From Iphione sp. A-MEVVRFRX5 (lineage: Eukaryota), in the NCBI GenBank assembly GCA_976226885.1, contig OZ320314.1:109678001-109742000 (forward strand): a DNA stretch of 64,000 bases. The letters are read 5' to 3'. Below the pieces are notes generated by a model. It did not search any database. It was not told where the DNA came from and saw only the letters and a program-made list of their open reading frames with translations. The stretch's first letter is position 1. Each line of letters begins with the position of its first letter. Shown here piece after piece: positions 11,426-22,590 of the stretch. The position numbers and the translations under genes were made by a program.

Positions 11426-12584
11426 AGGAAAAGCTCTGGACCCAGAACGAATCAATTACTGACACCAGCTTCCCGTACGAACAAATGGAAGCAATGAATT
11501 ATACGGGCCTTTCTGTAAACCACATTTATTTTCTTGTCGCTTCGCCTTTGGCATAGCAGTCTAGCAGCCCAGCTCTTTTGCCTACAGACTGCTTGTTAAC
11601 TTTTTTTGGAGGCGGGGGGGGGGAGGGGAGGGGTCGGGGGTCGTTTCAAACGGTTTCTCTAGGTATTCCCAAGGTAAGCCTGCCGTGTTCAGAAAACGTT
11701 CACCTCCAGTAAGTCTGAGGATATTTTTGTGGTTCTGTATGTCCAATAGAATCAATGTATATATAGATAATTACCTATACATGTATGTACTATATATATG
11801 AAGAGGCTTATATCTTGTATATATTCATCATTCTAGTCAGCCCCCCCTACTCCTTGATATCCCCACTGAATTCAAGAAAAAGGAATATACATGTAGTCCG
11901 TCTCATTGAAACTATGTAACAAGTGAAAAAGCCTTTGTACCTTAAGAGTACAGCATCGCTGTGGGTAATAGAAAAACTCTATGGTTGAAGACTATGTCTT
12001 CTGGGGCTCCTGCCCACGTATGAGTCGATCTCTCATACCTCTGTTTCCTCTCCTAATGACACACCTATGTATGAGGCGGGTAGTCGCCCGAGGACAGCTT
12101 TTGCATGTCGCACCTTGCCGGTGGTTTATGATGGAGGTGCCTGATGGCTGTGGTCGTAGTACAGGCGTTAGCGACCTGTTGTGGCCCCCATAACACTTAG
12201 GGACGCGAGAAGCATACCCAACAACAGCCCGTAGGGATGTGATGCATGGCCGTAGTGGGGCTAACGCACACCCCACCCCCACCCCCACCACCACCTACCC
12301 CATCCCACTCTTCGGGGGCTGTGATCGGACCCTCCGCCCCTCTCCACACACACACCCTCCCATGCTGCGTCTAATACATGGCCGCGCTGTTTGATGGTCT
12401 TGTTTCTTGGTGGCGGCATCTGTCGGCTGTATGCGGTGTAGACGCGTATGCAGACCACTTGTGTGACCCCTGACAGCCCCCCGGGGGGGTCAGGTCACTT
12501 TCTCCCGCAAGCTGTGATGTAGTGGAGACGTCCTACGTGGGATCTGTCTCAATCACTTCACTTTAGAACGTACGTACACACGTT

Positions 12585-12652
12585 CCCTCCCTCCCTCCCT
12601 CCCTCCCTCCCTCCCTCCCTCCCTCCCTCCCTCCCTCCCTCCCTCCCTCCCT
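12585..12652. repeat. (CCCT)n tetranucleotide microsatellite, about 17 copies
   Basis: Read directly; source of the GREG repeats in the ORF track. Confidence 0.97.
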
Positions 12653-12692
12653 CCCCCCTTCTGTCTCACACACATGCACTGTCTCTTCTCTC

Positions 12693-12833
12693 NNNNNNNN
12701 NNNNNNNNNNNNNNNNNNNNNNNNNNNNNNNNNNNNNNNNNNNNNNNNNNNNNNNNNNNNNNNNNNNNNNNNNNNNNNNNNNNNNNNNNNNNNNNNNNNN
12801 NNNNNNNNNNNNNNNNNNNNNNNNNNNNNNNNN
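12693..12833. other. Assembly gap (N-run)
   Basis: Run of N next to microsatellites. Confidence 1.
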
Positions 12834-13783
12834 ACAGAGCATAACACAGGAGAAGAGGACTGTTAGAAGTATCCATCAAGAGTACTGAACCTGTATACAC
12901 GTTCACAGCGATCGGAATTAGCACGCCGCTTTTTAACGCCCAGTGTGATTACACGCGAGTACACGTATAAATGGTACTGTTGATAAGATAAAAGAAAACA
13001 TAAAAACATCGAACACGCATTCGGTCATAGTGGTAGCGAAGAGCTGTGCCTTATCACCGCGAGTGTGGAAGGAAGGCATCTCGTTCCAGCGTCCCCCAGT
13101 AAGTGCCTGGAGGTTGCCTGAGTGGTGGAGGTATGGGGAAAGGCGGGACTGGGGGGGGGGGGGGTGTTTGGGAGCAACAGGGGCCGTGGTGGCAGCGGTG
13201 GCGGTGAAGCTGTGAATGGGCCGTGATGAAGCGGTTTGTATGCCTGGGCACGGCGGTGTAGCCGGCCCGGCTTGGCCCCTCCTATCATACCCACATACAT
13301 ATACATGGGCACCTACCCCGGCCCCCTTCCACCCCCGCCCCCTCCCGCCTCACTATCTTCATACCCGCACGGCGTGTTTGAGCCTGCTTCGTGGGGGGTC
13401 GCCGCGGCCCGGGGCGGTGACACAGACAGCCCCCTTCATACCCGCTGCGAATACTAGTGGAGTCATGCGCCCTGTTTAGGTCTCTCCTATGTGGGCATGC
13501 CTGCTCCTTTCCTAGCTAGCAGACCTCATAACGGGGACCCCAATATTTCCTTGATGGAGAAAATTGTCTCAGGTAATATTCAGATCATCCACGCGGCTTT
13601 CAGTGGGGATTAAGGTTGGGCAACTACACTACACGTGCCCATTTCTTCTCAAGGTGGTAAACAACTTTGTTACCGTGTGCGAATTCCTAGTTCAGGGTCA
13701 GAGCTGTTCCTCATCAAAGTCATAGCTGACAGTTAGAATAATTCTTAATTGTTTATCATCCAAAAGATAATAGATCCGGTATG

Positions 13784-14102
13784 TGAGGGTTGACAGTAGG
13801 TGGGGGTTGACAGTAGATGAGTGTTGACAGTAGCTGAGGATTGACCATATGTGAGGGTTGACAGTAGATGAGGGTTGACAGTAGATGAGGGTTGACAGTA
13901 TGAGGTTTGGCAGTAGATGAGGTTTGGCAGTAGATGAGGATTGACCATAGGTGAGAGTTGACAGTAGCTGAGGATTGACCGTAAGTGAGGGTTGGCAGTA
14001 GATTAGGATTGACCGTAAGTGAGGGTTGGCAGTAGATGAGGGTTGGCAGTAGATGAGGGTTGACAGTAGATGAGGGTTGGCAGTAGATGAAGGTTGACAG
14101 TA
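13784..14102. repeat. 17-bp minisatellite, about 19 copies (TGAGGGTTGACAGTAGA)
   Basis: Period 17 read directly (agggttgacagtagatg repeats at 13871 and 13888). The 17-aa periodicity in ORFs 13698-14208 equals 3 x 17 nt. Confidence 0.95.
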
Positions 14103-14310
14103 TGCTACGGTTGACGCCACGTCCAATTTGTTCTGATTTTATAACTGTAGAATCCCACTCATCACCTTGGCATAGGATCAAAGTATCAATTGCAGTCGCT
14201 TGAGACATTCATGGGGAAACTATTGCTACCAAATGGCATTATTGAAAATGATAACCAGTGACGTGACCTGACTAATGGGAACGGGATTCGTAATGGGACA
14301 TCGGTGGTAA

Positions 14311-14787
14311 GTAGTATATTGACATGGCAGTTCATCATCAAGTAAACATCATGGCGTTCATACAAACATTTAGTTCAGGCAGATATCGTCAGAACGACCT
14401 CCGACATTGGGATATTTCATGGAGATGATGTGGGTACTAAGCTGTCTTAACAAAAACGATACTCAGTGATACTTACTTCCGCAATCCTAATGAAAGTTTT
14501 GCAATCCTAATGAAACGTTGCGTGAGTAGTATATGAACTTGCCAGTTTTAATCAGGTAAATATCATGGTGTTCATGCACAAATTAAGTCCTGACGATAAT
14601 GTAGTTCATACATCGTCAGAATGATCCTTAGTACAAGATCATTTCTTGTAGACGTAATAGGCACCAAAGTTTCTAAATGACAGTGATATTCAGTGGTATT
14701 TTATCGCTGGTGACGTGATTCCAAATGTAACACGGGGTGCGTAGTATATGGACTTGCCTGTTTTAATCAGGTAAACATCATGGCGTT
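14311..14787. repeat. Degenerate tandem repeat, 215-bp period, about 2.3 copies
   Basis: Block gtagtatat(t/g)(g/a)ac(a/t)tg(g/c)c..gtt..atca(a/g)gtaaa(c/t)atcatgg(c/t)gtt recurs at 14311, 14526 and 14741. Confidence 0.75.
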
Positions 14788-15701
14788 GGCATAGAAGTGT
14801 AACAAAGACACATGTCGTTAGAATAGCCTTTGGTATAAGGACACTTTTGCTACAATGACACTTCTTGAAAAAATGATTATGGAGTTTCACTTTAGTAAAA
14901 TGATTTTTTCCCCATCGCACTGCTTTTTTTTACCTGGGACCCACTTTTAGGATATTACGAATGTCGATCATATGTGTGAATAATGTCTACACACAAATAT
15001 TTATATGTATGATATTTATATGTGCGTAAACACTTGAAGTAACTTGAAATTGTACGTACATTGTATCCAAATATTGTTATCAATGATACCTTGTCATGCT
15101 CAAAGTTACACTCGCCTTTCATATTCAACAAGCTGCCAGCATATAGCCTTTCTAATTCAAAAGTTAGGTTCATACGTTCACGATAAACCACGTTTAATAT
15201 ACGATTATGGAACGACTTAAATGACAGACTCTAGTAACGCATGGGATATGTATCGGTACTCCTTTGTAGATGACAATTTTCACTACCATTAATTACATCA
15301 CTGATAAAATCGGCTCATCTGGCGAACCAGACGCATAAAGCACCTGGGAGAGGGGGCCATAATTCGTGGAACAGTATCCGTAGAGAAAGCCAGAGTTAGA
15401 CCTATCTCCATTGCACACTAGCCCCACCACCACCACAGAGGACCCCCCTTTCCTGTCACCAATTAATCTGTAGTAAGCTCATTAGTGTAAGGATGTTGTC
15501 CAAGATTAACTCTTAATTACCATAGTTATCCGGAGTCTGTAAAACCGATGAGTAATCCCCCTGGCTGTTTCTTTTGTTTTACCTGGTCGACTCAGCTCCC
15601 AGAAACTTTAAGAGCTTAAACTAATGTCGTCTTAATACCAACCAGACACTAGGTCTCAAGTCAAGATTTCAGACTCTCATAGTTTCTCTTGTTTTACCCA
15701 G

Positions 15702-15869
15702 CTGGATGAGATCTCTGAACTACGATCTCTGAATGCGAATAATTACAACAGGAGCATGAAAGGATATTCTCCCATTTTGGGCAAGAGAACTCCCGATTGT
15801 GTCTCCTTGTCCCTCCAAACCTCTGACCATCCAGCAGTCTGTCCCAACCTTTTGGCGTCTATTCCAAAC
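15702..15869 (+). CDS. Candidate internal coding exon (56 codons, phase 0/0), product unknown
   Basis: Acceptor tttctcttgttttacccag|, donor AAC|gtaaga, and an open frame LDEISELRSLNANNYNRSMKGYSPILGKRTPDCVSLSLQTSDHPAVCPNLLASIPN. No homology recognised; could be chance. Confidence 0.25.
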
Positions 15870-16030
15870 GTAAGAGATCTGGAGAACTGGGAGCGTTTAA
15901 TATTTGTACATGCATTCCTCTTTACTTGCACTAAGAATAGAGATAATTTTACGCTTTAGGAAAACGGCAATAAGTGAATACATCTATATCCAACTATATA
16001 CGCTGTACAGTACAGGGACTGACCCAAAAG

Positions 16031-16351
16031 CTGTCCGTACAGAGGGATGTCTACAATAGCACGAGTATTAACCTTGTATATATAGATTTGGTATTGTCTT
16101 CTGGCTGTCCATCATCACATAGAATGTACTGATTAGAAGGTGTTCGGATTAGGCAACTCCACTGCACATGTATCCTTAGTACTTCAGAGGAAGTAAGAGG
16201 AGCCTGATACTGTCTGTAAAGAGGGATGTCTGAAATAGGAGTATTTAAGCATGGGTTTACAGACTTTGTATTTGCTCCTGACTGTCCATCATCATATGAG
16301 ATCTCCTGATGGAAAGGTGTCCGGATTAGGGAATTGCAGTGTACATGTATC
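16031..16351. mobile_element. Two tandem (about 178-bp period) right halves of a Tc1/mariner-pogo-type MITE
   Basis: Both units end gtgt(t/c)cggattagg...(ac/ag)tg(c/t)acatgtatc, resembling the right end of the MITE at 21912-22093 (tgtccgtattagagaggcgccactgta). Confidence 0.55.
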
Positions 16352-16639
16352 AGATTTAGTCCGACGAGTCTGTACCTCGGGATGTTCCCGTCTCTGAATA
16401 AAACAGCCTCAACTGGCGGATATTAAATCTTTCTCTCTCTGCCCCCCCCCCCCGCAGCGACTGTCATCAGCGGTACTGGGTACTAGTATATGGTCCCTCC
16501 CCCCTCCCCCCCACCAGCCACCATGTTGACTGCGAGTCGTGAGCATACATGTGTGAGTGTCGCTGGCGTCGGTAGGAAAGGTTTTCAAAGCTGTTAGGGG
16601 GCGGGGGCAGACATGAAAAATGGACCGTCGTCCCCCAGA

Positions 16640-17155
16640 TGGTGATCGTTCAGGGAAATATATGCACCTCACTGGGACCGTTCTTATGTATACAGCGGGC
16701 GAGAGCTCTCCCCAGTGGTCATCGTTAGGTCCAGCCAATTTATGACCATTAAAATAGGTGACCGCTGGAGAGACGACGCTTAGTGTGTACAAGACGGCAG
16801 TCTGTCACCAAACCATTTCACCAGAGTAGCAGGTGACCGCTGGGGAGAGAAAGTTTAGTGTGTGTAAGGCATGAGTCTGTCACCAAACCATTTGACTCGA
16901 GCAGCAGGTGACCACTGGGGAGAGGTGATCGTTAGAAGAGATGATGGTCGTTCTAGGAAATATATGCACCTCACTGGGACCGTTTTTATGTGTACAGCGA
17001 CAACTCCCCCTAGTGGTCAGAGGTGACCGCTGCAGAGAGGGAGTTGGGTCTATATAAAACGGCAGTCTGTCACCACACCATTCAACCATAGTAGGAGGTA
17101 AAGACTGGAGAACATTTGACCATAGTAAGAGGTGACCATTGGGGAGAGTTTACTG
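16640..17155. repeat. Array of MITE-type subterminal repeats (AGGTGACCGCTGGGGAGAG core)
   Basis: Core at 16756, 16831, 16906, 17021 and 17130, with inverted copies near 16706 and 17003. A 44-bp block (ggaaatatatgcacctcactgggaccg...) is duplicated at 16654 and 16956. Confidence 0.75.
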
Positions 17156-18282
17156 TTTGAGTTCCTGCTTTATAGTTCACGGCAGAGCTGGCGCTTCTCT
17201 GTTGGTTTTAGCTGCATCATCAAAATACTTTTAAAAAATAAAAAGGTTGAGTATGATTTGCGGAGTCAGGCCACTCCCAGAGGTGGCACCATATGGACAG
17301 GGACGCGCGGGGGATGGGGTATGGGGGGATGGGGGGATGGGGGACACTTACTCATGCAGGTGACCCGTTAATGGCGGGCATTTCGTAACGCGCCACCTCT
17401 GGACAAACAGCAGAAGTAGCCATCCGAGGGGCAAAAACAACCCTCGGCGACTCTGTCTCCATTTCGGTCCGAGATAAAACACATTACGATGCACATTATG
17501 GTGTCGGCGACAAAGTTTGCCCTACTGCTTTTTGTACGGTGTGTTTTTAGCAATCAAACGTGAGCTGGAACCATGTACTGGAGTCGGAGGCACAGGAGCA
17601 ACTCATTCCGCGAGCACCTCAGCTAGGAGGGTAGTTCAGAATTAAGGGCAATTTTCCCAGCACCAATACTGCACAACACCCATTCGACACAATACTCTTA
17701 GGGGAGACCAACCTGGGAGAGAGACCAAAATCCTGCGGTCCCAAACTGTCTGTCCATATGAGTAATCAGCTCACAGGGGTTGGCAGCCTGAGAGAGACAC
17801 TAAAATTCTCCAGTCGTTTTTATAGGGAAGTAACCAGAAAATTTAAAACTTTCACAAAAAGTGTAGACTTCTTGTTTAGGATATACATATACATGTATTA
17901 AAGTGACAAAAGGCTTCATACATGTAGTAGTATATCAATTTAAGGCAAATACATTTCACTTCTGATGTGGGCGCCAGAACACTCTCGTGGCAGAGAAAAA
18001 AATTAATTTCCAAGAAGCTTGCACCTCATGCCTCTAGTAAACTTAATTTCCATCTAGCATGGAAGTCGCTGCTGCAAAGATGGATCTGGATGCCTCATGT
18101 TTATAACTAACAAAAACATCGATCTTGGCTCATACTTCAAGTTGTGCCTTTACAGTGACGATCCACTACGTTATCCAGCGGCATGCTTAACAGAAAATTC
18201 TGATTCAGAAAACATATGCTTATACAGAACTGGAGAATGCTCTAGGCCACGTGGAAGTTAGTTAGAGATGAGATAAAAGTTA

Positions 18283-18457
18283 TGCAGTAAGGACTCTCTA
18301 TAGCGGTCAGCCTCGGTTTCAACTACATTATATAACCATTAAGAGAGCTGACCGCTGGAGAGAGGTAGTTTATTGTATGTAGAAAAGCACTGTGTTTCCC
18401 ACTGTAGTGGGGGTTGACCGCTGGGGGGGTGGCTGTTAAGAGAGTCTCTATCATGTA
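18283..18457. mobile_element. Degenerate MITE copy
   Basis: Left end tg-CAGTaaggactctctatagcggtca, internal tgaccgctgg(a/g) repeats at about 18349 and 18416, right end agagtctctatcatgta. Confidence 0.5.
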
Positions 18458-19839
18458 TAGAATCAGCATCCCCAGTAGTTTGCATGTGAGTATTTAACTT
18501 ATTCCGGGCGAATTTTCATACCTTCCCATGCACTGATACTCATGTCATCTTTCATGATATGAAAACATACTTTTGGAAGAGGGTGTGTTCTTTTGCTCAT
18601 GTTAGAACATACTTTTTCAAAGCATGGTAGGGATAAGTAGACTAATGATGATTTATCAAGTGAGGTCACTGAATTTATTCAATGATATAGGAAATAAACA
18701 GGGTTTGGGGGGGGGGTACTGGGGTCCCGTCTGACAACCCTTTACCATCGGGGGGCCTATAAGGCGACGTCTTTTTTCCCCTCATGCGGTCAGATGAGGT
18801 AATGAAGGATACGGTCCCGCTGCGCCATACATAAATTAATGGAGATTGAAGTGCTTAGCCGTAATCAATTATACAAGACTGCCCCTAAGTGTTTGGAGCA
18901 GCATATCTGATGGAGGTTGCCGAATTTCCAGGAGGACCGTGCCCCCCCGTTGCTGCATGCCCCCCCCCCCAAGGCATCAGGCGGGAAATCTGTCTACTCT
19001 TAGCCCTTTTTTTGTGGAAGTTGTGAATATTCCCTTTCGGTTCTTTTTGTTCCGATTGATGGATGGTCGGTGTGATCGTAATGGCATGGACGGGGCTGGC
19101 ATTCAGTTGCTTGTTTCGTGGGTCCGGGGGCTGAAAGGCCAAGGGAATATGGATGGATTTGACCGTTGCACTCTGCACAGAAAACGCGTACAATCTTACG
19201 TCTGGTTTTTTCTTTTTTTGTCAACTTTTCGCCTTCATTGAGTGTAAATTCTCAACTATTAAGGCCGAGCTTTCTCGGTATGGAAAGCTGAAAAACAGCT
19301 TTTAATAGCATCATTCCTGAAACGTAAGCTCCCCTTAGAGTGAGCTAGTCTCTACACGTTGATATAACCCATCAGAAAAAAAACAAAAATATGCCGCAGA
19401 TTATCTTGCAGAGAGATTTACTCATCCTCACTAGTGTGTGTTTTACTTGGTTCCGAAGGGACGGGATCCATCATACGAGCAGCTCGCAGCCTGAGAAGGG
19501 GGGGCTGCCCTCCTCACCTCAGCCACAGCATGCATATCCATCTCCACCGTTGGCGTACAGGAGAAAGCTCTCCGGGCCCGCGCGCCTGCACCCAGGAGGA
19601 TTAATCGTAGTACAACCGGCCGCAGTCGGCATTACTAACTCTTGTCTAGCAGAGCAGCTCCGCAGCTGTTATCTGTGTACCAATCTGCTCAGCGCCCCAC
19701 CCCATCATCCCCCCTACACACACCCTCCTTCTGGGTTCCCCCCGGAGTAATCTGATTGTCTGTGACATCTCTCATACACGCAACTGGACTTAATCATTGT
19801 CGATCAAGGTCGTCTGTGTGTGTGTGAGACGCTTGGTCG

Positions 19840-20010
19840 AGCCAACCGCGCCACCTGGTGGGAGCAGAGGAACTTCCGTCCGAGCTGCTCGCATCCTGTC
19901 ACAGGTTGACTTTTGTGCGCATGCTAGGAGCGTCACCAGCTCGCACCGCATTGAACATTACTCGCCGTTTACTCCTTGCTGATTGTCACACCGCCCGCTG
20001 ACGTCTTGAG
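19840..20010 (+). promoter_or_regulatory. Promoter-like island with CTCF-like, ETS and GAGYWRCTC motifs
   Basis: GCGCCACCTGGTGG (19848-19861, fits the CTCF core consensus), ACTTCCG (19872), CGAGCTGCTCG (19881-19891); CpG-rich. Confidence 0.45.
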
Positions 20011-20065
20011 TGTTAACCTTTCCGCGTGTGTGACTTGACATTATTCCTGACTGAAAACCACCAAA

Positions 20066-20164
20066 ATGGCTTCTGTATATGTATTTGGTGATGACTTGCA
20101 GGACATGAAGGATCACCTCTCGTCGCCTCAAACGAGATCCCGCGAGGACAAGAAGTCCAGACAG
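20066..20164 (+). CDS. Candidate first coding exon (33 codons), product unknown
   Basis: aaaATGg start, open frame MASVYVFGDDLQDMKDHLSSPQTRSREDKKSRQ, strong donor CAG|gtaagg, just downstream of the 19.84-20.0 kb island. Confidence 0.3.
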
Positions 20165-20786
20165 GTAAGGGACTTTTTACTGTATTCAACTCCTTTTTCA
20201 TTATTTAATTGTTATATTTATTAAACGGACGTCAAGAAGGAAATTACTCTGGGATTTTAATATTGCAAGATGGAGGACGAAGCAATAATTTTAAAAAATA
20301 TCCAGGACTAATTAAGCGGAAGCTTTATCATACTCCTTTTATAACCAGTTAGTATGTTTTAGTATGGTGTTTCCCTCCTCTTTACAGTAATGGTTGTATA
20401 CTTTAGTTTGAAAAATGAAAAAAAGAAACTGTATCAGAGCGTTTCATTTCTTTCAAGCGCTAGAACAGATTCACTGCTCACACACCTGGTACACCTTTTT
20501 TTAATCGGACTCATTTATATTGTCTTCTACACCGCATGACAGGCTCAGACTGGGGAAAAACTCTAACCCATGCAGCCGGCCTCATCTAAGTCCCCAAAAT
20601 AAATATCTTGTGTTTTTATTAATGTGGACTTGGTGCACAATAGACACATACCACCAACATGAATATAACGGACGGCCAATCGACCACAAATTGTGTGTCG
20701 GCAGTTTCAGCCAATTTCCTAGCGTGTACTAGGCGTTGTACATGGCAGTGCAAATCAGACAACTTAAGCATATTACAAGTAGAAAT

Positions 20787-21115
20787 CAGTGGGGGTTCTT
20801 ATTGCGATCACCTCTCCCCAGCGGTCACTTCCCTCTATGGCCAAATTGGTTTGTAACAGACTGTAGTCTCATACACAGTAATCTACTTTTACCCTTGTGG
20901 TCACCTCTGTTAATGGTTATAAATTGGCTGGACCCAAGGGTGAACGCTGGGGAGAGTTCCCATTGCACAAGGGAACAAGGGCCACCTCTTAAACTGGGAT
21001 AGATTTTCGCAAGAACCAAGTTTTGTCGTTTATCTTTCAGAACTGGGGACATCCTCTAATTGGGGACACGTTCTTTAGGAACCAAGGGTGTCCTCCTAAG
21101 CAAGGTTTTAGTGTA
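20787..21115. mobile_element. Degenerate, possibly composite MITE
   Basis: Internal cacctctccccagcggtcac and cgctggggagag repeats; right end ggggacatcctctaattggggacac...gtgtcctcctaagcaaggttttagtgTA, similar to the other copies. Confidence 0.55.
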
Positions 21116-21458
21116 CATACCCTCCTGATGGGCTTCTCTAGTGAGGCGGTTTCATAACCAGGGAATACATACATCGTACTCAGCGGAAAAAAAACAACGT
21201 TAGCTGTGATATGACCTGGCAGTGTTTTGGCTTCAGTAGGGACAGTTTAAATCGCGTATATATTACCCTGTGTTGTGAGCTTGGCGTTTTCCTTTGCACA
21301 CAGTCAGTTCCTTTACGAACAGTGGAAACTCCCGTCTTGGTCGCTACCCCCCCACCTTGTGTACCTAGGAACGTGAAAGCATTTATCTCTAGTTGTTCTG
21401 TATTGTTTGTTTAAGTTTACGCTGCTTTTATTTTTTCCCCATTTTAAAATTTTGACAG

Positions 21459-21476
21459 GAATCAAACGAGAAACAG
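21459..21476 (+). CDS. Candidate 18-nt micro-exon (ESNEKQ, phase 0/0)
   Basis: Pyrimidine-rich acceptor ...ttttccccattttaaaattttgacag| and donor CAG|gtatgt; in frame with 20066-20164. Confidence 0.3.
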
Positions 21477-21911
21477 GTATGTTTTGTTTTAAATTGATCA
21501 GCAGATTGATTTGAGAAAACTGGGACTTTCGTCGGTGAATTGGCGTGTGACCTATAGATGATAATCGTGTAAATATTCTAAAACAATCGCTTCGTATTCA
21601 TGCATGCTTGTCTACCCGTACCATTGTAACACACGCTAGCTTGTAGAGTGGAGTGGCATCACTTTGTACGCTGTGTTGGTCAGTTCTGTGTTAACTAAAA
21701 CCTACTTTGTTGCTGATATCAATCCTTTAACATGTGCACGTAAAAATCTAATACGTTTTGCGTTAACTTTACTACCGTAGCGACGTAGTGCCTGGTTACT
21801 GTCAAAAGCTCAGCCTCAAAGTTCACCCAGTAGAGACTTCAGGCTTGGACAAAAAGTCAACCTTAGATGTGACTTTCCCAGTGTTGGGAATGTATCACCT
21901 CCCTATGTCTA

Positions 21912-22093
21912 TACAGTAGAACCTCTCTATTAAGGACATCCCTCTAATCAGGACATCCCACATTTTGGACAGGTTGAATACCGACCCAAGTCTATACATT
22001 CATTTTAAATACCCCTGCTATTACAGCCATCCCACTATATAGACAGTTAATGTTTAGTACCTTTATTGTCCGTATTAGAGAGGCGCCACTGTA
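21912..22093. mobile_element. Non-autonomous Tc1/mariner (pogo/Tigger-like) MITE, 178 bp plus TA target duplications
   Basis: TA-CAGTAGAACCTCTCTATTAAGGACA ... TGTCCGTATTAGAGAGGCGCCACTG-TA: imperfect TIRs of about 25 bp, TA on both sides, no coding capacity. CAGT ends with TA TSD are typical of pogo-type elements. Confidence 0.85.
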
Positions 22094-22560
22094 TTAATTT
22101 TCATAAGAGATACACCCTACTGTTTAAGAAACACATTAATTTATTTTTATGTTTTATTTTTCCGGTATTTTAGGTTCATTCCGTTTTATCCAGATGAACC
22201 GTTACAGTGGTGTGTACAAATATGATGTCTATCCTATACTTTCTAGTCACCTTATCAATGTGAACCCTGCATATGATACACGATAAATTGTGACTAGTCC
22301 TGGTGAAAACAGATAACTTCTCTCATTTATTCTTCGGTGGGGGGCCAGGAAAAATATGTATGTAATTGCTGGAGAATTAACTTTTTGGTAAAGAGATTAT
22401 TTAAACTGCTGAGTCAGCACTCTACAGTCTGCTTGCTTTACAAGGCGGTCAAGGGTCCCCCCTTCCACGCCCCTCACACCCTAGTGCGAGCCCCTCACAC
22501 CTTATGCTTGGATCACGTAGGCCGCTCAATTGAAGAAGACTCTCCTTAGCCATCCCCTAG

Positions 22561-22590
22561 AGGTGTCTGATCTACTCTGAGCACCTCACG
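22561..22590 (+). CDS. Candidate 30-nt micro-exon (RCLIYSEHLT, phase 0/0)
   Basis: Acceptor ...ccttagccatcccctag| and consensus donor ACG|gtaagt; in frame with the two preceding candidates. Confidence 0.15.

Noticed and set aside
13698-14208. Three ORFs of 67-150 aa with CQPSST repeats
   Set aside because: They are translations of the 17-bp minisatellite.
17498-18261. Signal-peptide-like exon (17498-17559) plus a Cys-rich frame (18058-18261)
   Set aside because: Splice phases are incompatible (phase 2 donor, phase 0 acceptor) and the Cys spacing matches no family I know.
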